57,698 nucleotides of DNA, from IMG/VR virus record IMGVR_UViG_3300023116_000053, positions 1 through 57,698 of that record. The stretch is one strand, 5' to 3'. The translations under genes were made by a program, and so were the position numbers. The stretch is from a virus (taxonomy: Duplodnaviria > Caudoviricetes). Position 1 is the first letter of the stretch; each line of letters starts with the position of its first letter. The notes beneath the pieces were generated by a model. That model had not been told where the DNA came from and made no database searches. It was given only the letters and a program-made list of their open reading frames with translations. This document shows positions 46,001 to 57,400 of this stretch, piece after piece.

Positions 46001-46780
46001 TTAGTCAAACAATGCATCTTCTAGTTCATCTCTCGCCTTGAATTCTGCTCTATCTACATCTTCTGAATATTGTTTGTACCTTGGATTGTTTTTCGCTGCT
46101 TCACGAACTTTCGGCTCTGGGTCTTTAATTAAGATTAACAATGCTTCAAGTGGAGTATTTTCGTTCTTAGCAACATTCTTTCTGACAAGTTCATCTGTAT
46201 CTCCACTCAATTTTATCAATATTTCAGGTGGACAATTTTGATTATAAGCAACACCAGATCTGACATCATCATCTTCATCTCCACTCAATTTTATCAATAT
46301 TTCAGGTGGACAATTTATATTCCAAGCAACACTAGTTCTAACAACAGATGAGCGATCTCTATGCAATTTCCACAATATTTTAGGTGGAGAATATCTATTC
46401 CTAGCAACTCCCGATCTGACAATTACTTCTGTATCTCCACTCAATTTTATCAATATTTCAGGTGGACAATTTAAATTCTGAGCAACAAAATGTCTGACTT
46501 CATCATTTGTATCTCCACTCAATTTTATCAATATTTCAGGTGGACAATATAAATTATAAGCAACTCCCATTCTGACTTCATCATTTTTATCTCCACTCAA
46601 TTTTATCAATATTTCAGGTGGACAATTGAAATTACGAGCAACAACCTTTCTGACTTTATAATCATCATGCTCACTCAACTCAGCAAGTCTCTCTGGGGTT
46701 GTGCGATAATATTTCGCTTCTTCTACACTTTCTTTGAGTATTCTAAGAATTTCTTCTTTGATTATTTTTTTTATTGACAT
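46001..46780 (-). CDS. Leader-bearing HEAT/LRV-like repeat protein B (tandem paralog)
   Basis: Same N- and C-terminal caps as A, one more repeat. Confidence 0.85.
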   Translation of the reverse strand: MSIKKIIKEEILRILKESVEEAKYYRTTPERLAELSEHDDYKVRKVVARNFNCPPEILIKLSGDKNDEVRMGVAYNLYCPPEILIKLSGDTNDEVRHFVAQNLNCPPEILIKLSGDTEVIVRSGVARNRYSPPKILWKLHRDRSSVVRTSVAWNINCPPEILIKLSGDEDDDVRSGVAYNQNCPPEILIKLSGDTDELVRKNVAKNENTPLEALLILIKDPEPKVREAAKNNPRYKQYSEDVDRAEFKARDELEDALFD

Positions 46781-47426
46781 TTTTTCGTTTTTTTTTCCGT
46801 TCCATTATTGAATCAAGTTCATCAACATTCTTTCTTGATTTTTCTTCAGCAGACCTTTGTCTAGATTTCCAGGCTCTCATTTTGGCTAGGTCTCTTTTTA
46901 TATCTGAACGATTAAATAGCCCACTGAGTTCTAAATTTGCTGGGTTTCTCTGCGCGATTGCAAGCATAACATCTTGTGAGCCTCTAATTTCACCATGAGA
47001 CATCGGTGGCCTTTCGGGGTCCATACTTTTTCTTCTCTGTAGTGCCTGCTTTTGAAGTGTCATTTCATTTTCGTACATTTGTATGAGAATGTAGTCTGGT
47101 GTGGATAGATTTTTGACGAGACCCAATCTGACTTCTGGATCTGGATGCATTGAGAGTTCATACCTCCGACCTTCTTCAAATCTAGGGTCATTTGTAAGTC
47201 TAGAAGAACCAACTGAATATCGGCGGTCTCTCGTTTGTTTGTCATACCATTTTCTCGCATTTTTTATGCGCTTCCTCTCTGCCGGATCTTTTACTCCTTT
47301 TGTTGAGTAATATCGATCTACTACACTTTCTGGCTCTGGGGGGAGATCAGTTGGGTCAAAACGAGCCTCTTCTAAATTTCGAGATTCATTTAGGAATTTC
47401 TTCCAATTTTTTAAAATTTTTTTCAT
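46743..47426 (-). CDS. Leader-bearing protein with single LRV-like repeat
   Basis: Likely ATG 47426 (MKKILKNWKKFLNESRNLEEA); ELSMHPDPEVRLGLVKNLSTP. Confidence 0.6.
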   Translation of the reverse strand: MKKILKNWKKFLNESRNLEEARFDPTDLPPEPESVVDRYYSTKGVKDPAERKRIKNARKWYDKQTRDRRYSVGSSRLTNDPRFEEGRRYELSMHPDPEVRLGLVKNLSTPDYILIQMYENEMTLQKQALQRRKSMDPERPPMSHGEIRGSQDVMLAIAQRNPANLELSGLFNRSDIKRDLAKMRAWKSRQRSAEEKSRKNVDELDSIMERKKKRKNVNKKNNQRRNS

Positions 47427-47430
47427 TTTC

Positions 47431-49770
47431 TTATTTCCTATTGTTATTTTCAACCATAGATAATTCCATGATGCTTTCTTTCGTAAAAAATTCAACATAT
47501 GTGTTGTTTTTTGGCGTAACTTCTTGATTCAGAAAGAAGTATTTGTCTGCAATTGTTTCTTTCGAGTGTTTTTTAAATTGCAAGCGACATAAAAGAAAAG
47601 AATCTTGAAATTCGTCTAAATTCTCTAATTTATTCCAGCGTACATCGCTCATATTTTCGCCATAGCCACCAAAATAATAAATTTCGACTTCTTTATCTTG
47701 TTCTTTTTGCTCCATGTTATTAAATATCTCAAAAACACCGTTTTGCGACAAGTTTTCGTCAAAAATAAACTCTTTCATAGGCTTTTCTAGCAAAGATGAA
47801 GGTTTTTTTTCGTAAAAATCAATAGATGATGTGAATTTTTGTCCATTTTTCGACGAAACTTGAGGAGTTAAGCCGAAAAATTCATTTTTGTCTCTTATTT
47901 CTCGCAACAAAGTTTGACTTTCAGAGTCAAGTTTTTCATCTTTGAAGTTTTTTGTATTTTTTTTGATTTCGTTATTTTTTATTATTTTTTTAGGAGTTAA
48001 AGAATCTTTCAAGATGTCGTTTAAGTCAGATGAAGAAATTTTATACTTATCTTCTATTTTATCAAACAAAAAAAGACTGCTATCTTTGATAAATTCAAAT
48101 TTTCCTAACTTTATTTCATAAGTTAAGTTCGTTCTGTTTGTTTTTGACAGTTTTTGGTCATCTTCTCGCAATATTTTTTGCATATAATCTTCTAATATTG
48201 ATACTTTTTCTATTGTGTTTTGTAATTCTTGCTTGTCATCTGACAATTTAAAGCTATTTTTCATAGAAAAATCAACTTCTTGCACTGATTTTTTTGAAAA
48301 AAGACCATAGGTGTTGGAAAAGTCATAAAAACTATCTACTAAACGTTGGTCAGTGTATGAAAAGTCACCATTTGTCTCTAAATTGTGTTGCAAACTAACT
48401 AAATTTTTCTTTGCAACCTTTATTTTTTTTTGTTTATCCTTCAACATGGTATAAATTTGGTTGTCTAATTCAAAAACTATGGAATATTCATACGTTCCGT
48501 AGAAATTGTTTTTATCGCATGTTTTATCAACAAAAATAAAATTTCTAATATTTTTTTCGTTATTGAAATCATATTTATTTTCTTCTATTAAAAAGTCGTT
48601 TCCGCTATATTGTATGTCGCCTTTGTCATTAGAAAAGAAACCTATCGCCTCTTTGTTATATCTATCTCCATCTATTCTTCTCTTGAAGACTTTAATTGTT
48701 TTAATTTTGCACAAATTGTGTATTTCCGGGTTGTTTTCTGCGATATACTTGTCATCCCCCATCGCTTTCTTGACAACCTCGGCCCATCTTAAGTCAAAAA
48801 ATATTTTTGGAGGATAAGATTGTTTTGTGTCACTATGCACTTTGATTGTGCTATTTTCTGTAGGAGGAGGGCTTGTTTCTTTGCTAATCAATTCATTAGA
48901 AAATTTCAAAACAGAGTTGGTTAAATTGCTTTTAATTTTTGTATTATTTATAAAAACTTCTTCTGAGTCAAAATAAAGTTTGCTGTAGGTGTAATATTTT
49001 TCTTTTACAGAACCTTGTGAATCCGTTACTAATTTAATATTTGTCGGCCCTTGCCACTCTTTTTCTCTAGTATAATAAGAAGTTTCATGTATGTCATAGT
49101 CGCCATCTGCAATAAAATTTATAATTTTCGCTTTTCCGTTGTTTTTTTCGTCTAAACCTTCAATGTCTTGCAAGCTATAGTCGTCATTGAAAGTTTTCTC
49201 GTCAAAAAACACCTTGCAAATAAAGAAAACTGATGGAGGGTTGGCATTGTTTTCCAATTTGTTAATTATAATGTTAAAATTATGAATATAAATAAATTCT
49301 TCAGCAATTTTTTCTAGCGAAAGAAAGCCAAACTTCTTGTTGAGTGGTTTAGGTGGCGAATCCCAAAAAAACAAAGAACGCTTTTCGACTTTTAATTTTT
49401 CCGAAGGGTTGTTGGAAATAACAGTGTTTATAGAAGATACAAAGTATTTTTCTATCAATTCTTGTGCAGATTCAAAATCAAAATCAAATTTGTATTCCAA
49501 TTGTATATTAACATTATAAGCAAAAGATAGGTCTTCTATTTTCATTTTGTTAACTTTGATGTTAGGCAAGATTGATTGTAAAGACTTTTCTAAGTTTAAA
49601 TTAGAAATTCCAGGCACTACTGAAATTGCTGCCTCGTCAGGTAAATCGTTGTTGATTGCTTCCAATGCTCCACCATCGGGCGAAATTTCTACTGAGGGGG
49701 ATAAAGAAGTGCTATTTGGGTCTTCCACTGATGTTATATTGTTTAATATTTGATTTATTATTGTTGGCAT
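47431..49770 (-). CDS. Large hypothetical protein
   Basis: 779-aa ORF in operon; no recognised motif. Confidence 0.55.
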   Translation of the reverse strand: MPTIINQILNNITSVEDPNSTSLSPSVEISPDGGALEAINNDLPDEAAISVVPGISNLNLEKSLQSILPNIKVNKMKIEDLSFAYNVNIQLEYKFDFDFESAQELIEKYFVSSINTVISNNPSEKLKVEKRSLFFWDSPPKPLNKKFGFLSLEKIAEEFIYIHNFNIIINKLENNANPPSVFFICKVFFDEKTFNDDYSLQDIEGLDEKNNGKAKIINFIADGDYDIHETSYYTREKEWQGPTNIKLVTDSQGSVKEKYYTYSKLYFDSEEVFINNTKIKSNLTNSVLKFSNELISKETSPPPTENSTIKVHSDTKQSYPPKIFFDLRWAEVVKKAMGDDKYIAENNPEIHNLCKIKTIKVFKRRIDGDRYNKEAIGFFSNDKGDIQYSGNDFLIEENKYDFNNEKNIRNFIFVDKTCDKNNFYGTYEYSIVFELDNQIYTMLKDKQKKIKVAKKNLVSLQHNLETNGDFSYTDQRLVDSFYDFSNTYGLFSKKSVQEVDFSMKNSFKLSDDKQELQNTIEKVSILEDYMQKILREDDQKLSKTNRTNLTYEIKLGKFEFIKDSSLFLFDKIEDKYKISSSDLNDILKDSLTPKKIIKNNEIKKNTKNFKDEKLDSESQTLLREIRDKNEFFGLTPQVSSKNGQKFTSSIDFYEKKPSSLLEKPMKEFIFDENLSQNGVFEIFNNMEQKEQDKEVEIYYFGGYGENMSDVRWNKLENLDEFQDSFLLCRLQFKKHSKETIADKYFFLNQEVTPKNNTYVEFFTKESIMELSMVENNNRK

Positions 49771-50705
49771 TCGTCATCTTCTTCCAATTCGTCAAAGACA
49801 TAAATGTCTGGAAATTTATTGTTATTTTTTGTTTCTTTAGATTTTTTAGATGTCGTTGAATTATTATATCTATCTTTTCCGCTCATTCTTTCATCTATCA
49901 TGGGAGAGTCTATTTCATCATCCACTTCTATGTCAAAATAATACTCTACATCTGTATTTTCTATACTTTCTACGTCAATCTCCTCAATCTCATCGTCATC
50001 CAATAAAATATCATTTACAATGCGTTGTGGTTCCTTGAAAAATCTTAACTGTTTCAGTCTGTCACCTTCTACTTCAAACAATTCTATAGTAAAATTGCTT
50101 TTATCTATTTTTACGTTGTTTTCATATAATTCTAAAATTAAAGGTTCGACTTCTAATTCGTATTCACTTCCGTCTTCAAACTGAAATTCTTCTTCTTGTT
50201 CGCAATTTTCAGACAATTCTCCGTGAAATTCAGGAAATTCAGGATTTTCTAGTTGACTCGGAAACACTACTTTTGTTTTTATAAATAAATCTTCCAATTC
50301 TATTTGAGGAATTCTAATGTCACCTAGCGCACCTGTTAAAAAATCTGCTGAGGATGATATTTTTCCCTCTAAAAAGCGAATCTCCCACCCAGGTTCTTCT
50401 TGCACTTCTTTTGTTGTGCCTAAGTGAGAAAAATAAGCGTAATGTTGGTCATATTGTGCAATATCTAAACTTCCACTTTGTCTATTTGAAAAAGACACAA
50501 AGGGTTTTGTCACAATAGATTCCAATATTCTTTTTTGAGAAGCGTTTTGTGTTTCTTCTAGCCCCATGTGTTCTACATCGTAGATGATGTCGTCATCAAA
50601 AAAAGCGTAGTAAGTTGGGCGAAATTCTCCCTTCGCCAGTTTATTTCTGCCATGCGGAGTCAATTCCAATTCCAAAACATCTTCTTTTTTATCAAAAAAA
50701 TTCAT
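49758..50705 (-). CDS. Probable baseplate structural protein
   Basis: LELELTPHGRNKLAKGEFRPTYYAFFDDDIIYD, similar to the N-term of 41387-42322. Confidence 0.5.
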   Translation of the reverse strand: MNFFDKKEDVLELELTPHGRNKLAKGEFRPTYYAFFDDDIIYDVEHMGLEETQNASQKRILESIVTKPFVSFSNRQSGSLDIAQYDQHYAYFSHLGTTKEVQEEPGWEIRFLEGKISSSADFLTGALGDIRIPQIELEDLFIKTKVVFPSQLENPEFPEFHGELSENCEQEEEFQFEDGSEYELEVEPLILELYENNVKIDKSNFTIELFEVEGDRLKQLRFFKEPQRIVNDILLDDDEIEEIDVESIENTDVEYYFDIEVDDEIDSPMIDERMSGKDRYNNSTTSKKSKETKNNNKFPDIYVFDELEEDDECQQ

Positions 50706-50719
50706 TACCTTAATACTCT

Positions 50720-51412
50720 TTAATGTAACTGCTTCATAAATTCTGGATTATTTTTATTATCTTCGATTTGGTCTTCAGAAATTATAATCCAAACATACGG
50801 TTCGCCTGCCTTAAATGCTCCAAATGTTCGATGATTTCCATCTCGAACTTGACACCTCCAACTTCCAAGGTCTCCTTCGTTATTTTCAACCGCATTTTCT
50901 AGTCTATTCTGAAGATCTTCTTGAATATTTTCTATCTCTTCTTCGTCATCCAATGGGTCTAAATAATATAAATGTTCATCCACATACTCTTCCCAATCAA
51001 GTTTCAAATATTCATCCACTTCTTCATCGCCAGTTGTCAAAACATCTTCGTCATTGTATAATGACTCTTTAACATCAATGTAGTCTACTTTACTCAACAT
51101 TCCATATGGCGCATAAAATGTAAATCTTTCTTCTCCGTGAATTATTAAGTCAGCAACACGCTCTAATTTCTCTTCATAAAAAATGTTGCCTTCTATTGGA
51201 TAACAATTATAAGGTGTTGCACGAAACATTCTTCCCTTATATCCTAACCAGTCAACGTTTCTCCCAAAATAAAAATTACCACGATTCTTGTCCAATTCAA
51301 TTTCTTCTGGACTAATTGGTTCGTATTCGTAATCGGGGCCAATTTCTTTTAATATTTCTTTTTTAATTGATTCAAACAATGACATTACCGAGTTTATATT
51401 ATCATTCTTCAT
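50720..51412 (-). CDS. Leader-bearing acidic protein with ParB/Srx-like motif
   Basis: SLFESIKKEILKEI leader; QVRDGNHRTFGAFKAG. Confidence 0.5.
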   Translation of the reverse strand: MKNDNINSVMSLFESIKKEILKEIGPDYEYEPISPEEIELDKNRGNFYFGRNVDWLGYKGRMFRATPYNCYPIEGNIFYEEKLERVADLIIHGEERFTFYAPYGMLSKVDYIDVKESLYNDEDVLTTGDEEVDEYLKLDWEEYVDEHLYYLDPLDDEEEIENIQEDLQNRLENAVENNEGDLGSWRCQVRDGNHRTFGAFKAGEPYVWIIISEDQIEDNKNNPEFMKQLH

Positions 51413-54400
51413 CTTTTTTTCCTATCGCCCATTCAACATCAAATTTCGCCAATTCAACAAGTGAAAAGAAATCATATGGCCAATTGTAATTATAATCTTT
51501 TATCAAAGTATCTACATCAGATTCCAAGCCTTTCTCTTTTGATTTGTCAAATAATTGAAAATAATTCTTTCTAGCACGCCTTTTAACCTTAAAAATTAAC
51601 CAGCGCATATCAGAGGGTAGGGTGTGGTCAAAAAACATCTCAGATTGGCTAATAGGGTGCTTTAACGTCACCTTTTGTTTTGTTGCTCTTGTTGCTGGCT
51701 TAGGCATGACTCCCTGCCAAATATCAGCCAAATCTTGCTTGTCCAATTCTTCCTCAAATTCAAAAATATAGAATACAAAAGGATTGACTTCGCTGTTTGG
51801 ATTTGTAAAGTCCATGAAAGGTGGGAGATAATAATCTTTAACTTTGTTCATCATGTAATCAATACTAGAGTCTTTTTCTATTTCTTCTTCTTTTAATCTA
51901 AAAAAGTTTCTATTCGCAATGTTAACACCATCTTTTAACTCTCTTTCAACATAAGGAATCGCAATTATCGCTTCGTAAATTTTAGTTTTATCGTTTATCT
52001 CTCCAATTCTTTTCTGCGCTGCCGTAAAACCACAAACTTGAATGAGAGAGCCAATTGTGTCTGAATCGTTTAAGTTTGCATTCAAAACTTGAGGAAAACT
52101 TTCTTCTAGACTGAAATATATGCCTTCTGAGCCTGTTGGTAAACTTCCATATGTACCCCACATTCCTCTAGCCAAACTAGCAGTTTGATAACCAGAATCT
52201 TGACCTCCCACATCTAACGATTCTTCCGTAAAATTCAAAGTTGGACATTCAAACTTTGGCACTATTTTCCAAGAATCAAGTCCGGTGGAATCCCCAGAAA
52301 TCAAAGAATTTTCTTTCTCGAATAGATTTACTGAAGATTCTAGCGTCATAACGTTATTTTGAGCAAAAGGCAAAAATTCGTCCACCCCGTCCAAAGCAAT
52401 CTGATTAGAACTACTTGCCAATGCATTTGAAAAAATCTCATCAATAGAGTATTTTCTAGTTTCTGATGGCTGGAAGGATAATCTTATTCGCGACTCTCCA
52501 TAAAAATAAGGAGGAGTAAAGGGAGCATAGGCTGGGTCTCCCATATTTGTTGCTCTTACGTCAAGTTGGTCGGTTGAAATATCCGAATTGTAATTACTAC
52601 CATACCCTGGTGTGTCGCCTCTAGTAAATTTGTACGAAGGTGGACCAAAATACCTTCCATGATAAGATTGTTCATCCCCCCATGTTACTGCTAACGCTGA
52701 TGTAGAACCAGAAGGAATAGAAGAACTGTGATGACTTGCAATCATATTGAAATCGTTAGTTTTTTTCAGCACAACATCCATATAATATGTAACATCTTTT
52801 ACCAAAGGCTGAAAGTTTTTTTCTGGTTTTGAGACAAAAGATGTCAAATTTTTGTTTTTAAGGAAAAAATTAGGAACTTCTGCCAAGAAGTTGTGCATAG
52901 CCATTTCAAAAAATGGTTTTTTCTCGCCACTCCATGAAAAATAAGGATATTCCGAGTTTGCACTTCCACTAGATTGATTAATTTTGTCTGGAGCCATTAA
53001 AAATATATTTTTTTCTTTCAGTAGCGACTTTTCTAAGTTTACAAGTGATTCGAAAGCGAGTCTCCCATGAAATTTCCCTGCATTTCCATCCGTCGAATCA
53101 AAAGAAGACGACAATAAGTAACACTTCCAATCGTCAGTGGCAGTAATTCCTAATTCTGGACCAGATGATGATATATACAAACAAAAAGGACTTGGTGGTG
53201 TACCACTAGACAAACTTTTGCCACCATCATTTTGCCACAAGTTTTCCAAATAATCAGATGAACCTGTAAAATATGGCCAATCAACCGCTATTCCAGACTT
53301 TATCGTGTTAAAAACAATCCCAGGTGCAAAATAAGGTTGTAATGCCGACTGTAACGCTCTTGCAGCACCACTGTCTGTTTCGTAATTTGACCCGGAAATA
53401 TAAGGGGCTAACGATTGAGAGAACAAACTGCCAAGTTGAGTAGTTCTATTGATTGGATAAAACCCATTGTAAGGGAGCATCTTCTTTACAACATCACATG
53501 TCAAAGTCAAATGCTTTATTTCCCCATTTACACTACGATGGTCTTCAATAAATTTCTCAAAATGTTTCATTAAGTCAGAATTGGTGTATTGTTCAAAAAA
53601 ATCTTCAATATAAGAGCCTGTAGACGATTCAGCACTCTGACTAACATAAGAGCCTTGATTGGAAAGCCAATTTTTGTTTTCTTGAAAAAATCCACTTTTA
53701 ATATAATCTTCTATATGATTAGATATTTTAAATTCTGCTAGAGTTGAATAGCCTTTGCCAAGGACTGTTATGTCTTTTGCATATTCCTCGTAGGAATCGT
53801 ACCAAGGACGCTTGCCAGACTGTTTAAATACATCATAAGGCCAATTATATTCAGTGAATTTTCCAATATTAGGCAAATAAGCGTACTGAAGTGATGCTGT
53901 CGGATAATCATAAACAAAAGAAGGCATAGCATCCGACACTAACGCCCCACTTAAGTAAGACTGCCCCGACCCTAACATCCCTTGGACATTTGCGTCAACA
54001 TAAGGAAAATTAGTTACACTAGATGTAGTAAAATTAGAAAGTTCACCGTCATAAGAGCCTGTCTTGATTCTTTCTCTTATTTCAAGAATAGGGATGTATG
54101 CTGTATCTTCTATTTTATGCCATATTTTTGAATTGCCAAATGGATATACACTCCTACCCCATCGATAATCAACAGCGTTTTTAAACGGAGTTGCACCGTC
54201 TATATCAGTTCGCTCAATAGTATCAGGCCAATAATTAGTTCTTTGGTATACATTTCTATCAAATCCATTATGTCCATAACCACCCGATTCCAAAAAGAAA
54301 GTTCTTCTTCTGTTTCTGGAGATATTGATGTATTTTTTTGTCGGAAAGACAGATTCTTTGTACCTTAATTCAATAAAGTTGTCTCGATACAAAGAATCTG

Positions 54401-57400
54401 GGTTGCCATACAAATCGAACAAGTCTTGATATTTTGTATATTTTTCTCTGTTTACAGCATCAATGTTGAGTTTTTCCTCTGCAAAAGCATTTACAACATT
54501 TGAATACGAATTATTTAAAGATATAACATTTCCGCTAATTTCAAGCAGAACTTGAAGCGGATAATTGTTATTATCGACACATGATTCTATATAATTTTCG
54601 AATTCGTAAGGTTTTATGGGGATAAAATTATCTCCCTGCAACAAATTCTGCGTAGGAGTTTTTGCAACAGAAAAAATGTTGTTTCTTCTCATATGTCGAG
54701 CCACTGGATGGTTTGCTATTCTAGTTTGCTTCCATACTTCCCACCCTCCTGCTCCATTTCTGTGACAGTTGATTGCTTGCAAAATCGATGCTAACCCTGG
54801 TATAGTAGTAGTATTTTGCGTTTCTTCAGTTCCATCTCCAGGAGTTATGACTTTATTAATGTAATTTGCAGTAAAAATATTGTCTCCATCTATATCTGTA
54901 GCAACCAAACTAGGATAGCCCAAAGTGTTTGTTGAGCTTGTAATCGGCTCATATATAATTGTATTTAAGTTTACATAATCTACAGGAATAAACTCAGCAG
55001 CAGGAACGTATGGGTTTGGCAGACCAAAATACCTTATACCTGAAAACAAATTCTTGTAACTACCAAAATCACTTTGACTTACAAAGGTAATGCTCCTGTG
55101 CTTGTTGTCGTGTGTTGAACCCACAGAGTATCTAAACGGAACATTTTGGTTGTTTATTGGATTTCCACTAGCAGTAGTTGCAGTTTTTCGTATCCAAGTG
55201 TAATTTAAATCGCTGGAAGGGATAGAGTTGGTAAACAAAAATGTATTGTTTACAGATGCTGTAACAAAAGAACTGCCAGACTTTTCAATTCTGTAGAAAG
55301 TATTTCTATGCATTTTGTGTTCGGAGGCAGACACCGGAGATGCTACATTGTCGATTCCATACTGATAAGATGCACTGTTCCAAAATTCGTTAAGTTGAGT
55401 TCTATTTCTCCAATTTCTCCAATTCAAAGAATTATATACTGACAATTCGTTTGCTTCGACATCCAAAAAACCATTAGAAGTTTCAAGTCCACCTGGAGCA
55501 TTAAAACGAACAGCAAAGACCGATAAGGAACCAGTCAAATCTCTTCTAGCGACACCATAATTTATTAAATTGGATGCCAACGAAGAGGAAACAATGTTTG
55601 TTCCGCTAATTCCCATATTTCTACGAAAATATATATTATTATCTGTTCTTCCTGTTGTACTTACAACTTGATAGTTTTTGTTAAAATTGCCTAACACTCG
55701 CCTTGTTGTAAGAGTTTTGATGTTTTTGACGTTCAAATAACGTTTTACTAATCCATCTCTACTCCAAGATGCAGGGGGATTGTTTGTACTTTCATAATCA
55801 CTAGGAACCAATAAAAATTCTGTTCCATCGACAATTCCACCAAACTTTTCAGGACGATTGCTTCTGTCGTCTAAATTAGAACCAGTATTTAATGCGATAT
55901 GTCTCCATTGGTATCCACCCACATGCTCTTCAGTAAATGGTCCTTGAAATGGCTTTTCTCTGCCATACTGGTCGTGGTGATAATTTGCGATCGCTAGATT
56001 CTTAGAATTGTTTCCAGCCAACACCCCAGATACAGAAGAAGAAACAATTGTAAAAGGGGCCAATTCCTTGCCAGAACCAGATATATTGCCCTTATTTGAA
56101 TATACGCTGAACTTATATTTCTTGGTTTTTATGGGATGATAAGCAGCATCTTTTTGCTTTGTGTTGTATTTGCTCCTTGGTTCTTCAAGGAAAGCACCAG
56201 ACACAACCAACAAGTTTTGATAAAGAGGTCCATTAGGGTGCAATACATCCACATAGACGAATCTTTTTTGCGAATTGAAGTTGACACCCCCACCCAATTC
56301 TTTCGTGCGCGATAACGAATAAAAATAAGGATTTTTTTCATTTCTATTGGTTTCTTCGTCCTGAATGCGTCCAATCGCCAAGCGATTACTTTCAACATCT
56401 GCATTTAAGTTCCAGATATTAGTATCTAATTTAGATTTTTTATTCCACCACAAACCATTTTCTTCTTCGCTTAAGCCAATTGGAGCATGATAATCTTTCC
56501 ACTGATAAGGTTTGTGTCCTTTGATGTTTCCAGTAGTAGAAGTTTTGATTTCCAGAAAAGGAAACTTGTGTTGAAATTTGTTCCTTTCAAAAACATGAGA
56601 CTCTACAGTGTTCGCTATCCTTTCCGGTGTTTTAGTGGACGCCGGTAGCATCTGACTTAGCATTTTGACAACTGCTGAATCAATCCACTTGTAAAATTCC
56701 AAAAATCTTTCTAAGTCTGGCTCATTTTCAACTTTTGAAAAATATAAATGTCTTAATTTGTCAAGCTTTTTATATGATTTTCTATAGCGATTGACAGGCT
56801 CACCAATCAAATTATTAAATTCAACAATTGTATCTAAATAATTTATCATATCTTCAGATATATTTTGATACATGCTTTTTTCAAAGCGAAAAATATACTT
56901 TGATGGTCTGGTTTCTTTTGTTCTGACTTCGGTATTTTCATCCAATATTTCAATCATATTGGCACTTGAAAGAGATTCTGGCAATGTGCGCTTCAGTGTT
57001 GGCAAATAATTCAATTTAAAAGCATCGTCTGAATTAGATGTAAACCCATAGCCTCTACCTGGATGTCTTATGCCTATTCTTGTCCCATATTCTCCATAGC
57101 GACCTGCTTGTTCTGCTGAACCTGATGTCTCGTCGTATACAAAAAATTCTCCTGACGAATCAGAACCTGTATTGGAAGAAAAATACCAATCAAACAACAA
57201 TGTTTCAGACTTTGGAACAAAAATATTATCAAAATTTTCATCGTATGTTCCAGCACCTTCGAATAAGCCCTTTATGCCATAACTATCGTTATACTTTGAA
57301 TGATTTATTACAGAAGATGTTGGCAAATATTCCAGCCAAGCACGAACGCTAGACAAACAAACATCCGTGTTATAAAGAATTGAGCCTGTGAAGTTAGTTC

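Larger units (their letters stand above)
45243..46790. repeat. Tandem gene duplication with internal 72-bp repeats
   Basis: 45243-45420 closely matches 45971-46147; tatctccactcaattttatcaatatttcaggtgga recurs every 72 bp. Confidence 0.95.

Noticed and set aside
45420-46680. 72-bp periodic repeats as a CRISPR array
   Set aside because: The period is a multiple of 3, lies in frame within ORFs encoding HEAT/LRV repeats, the variable parts are mutually similar, and no cas genes are present.
1187-57352. Numerous plus-strand ORFs in the ORF track
   Set aside because: They overlap long minus-strand genes, are rich in F/S/L/I typical of antisense shadows, and show no recognisable motifs.
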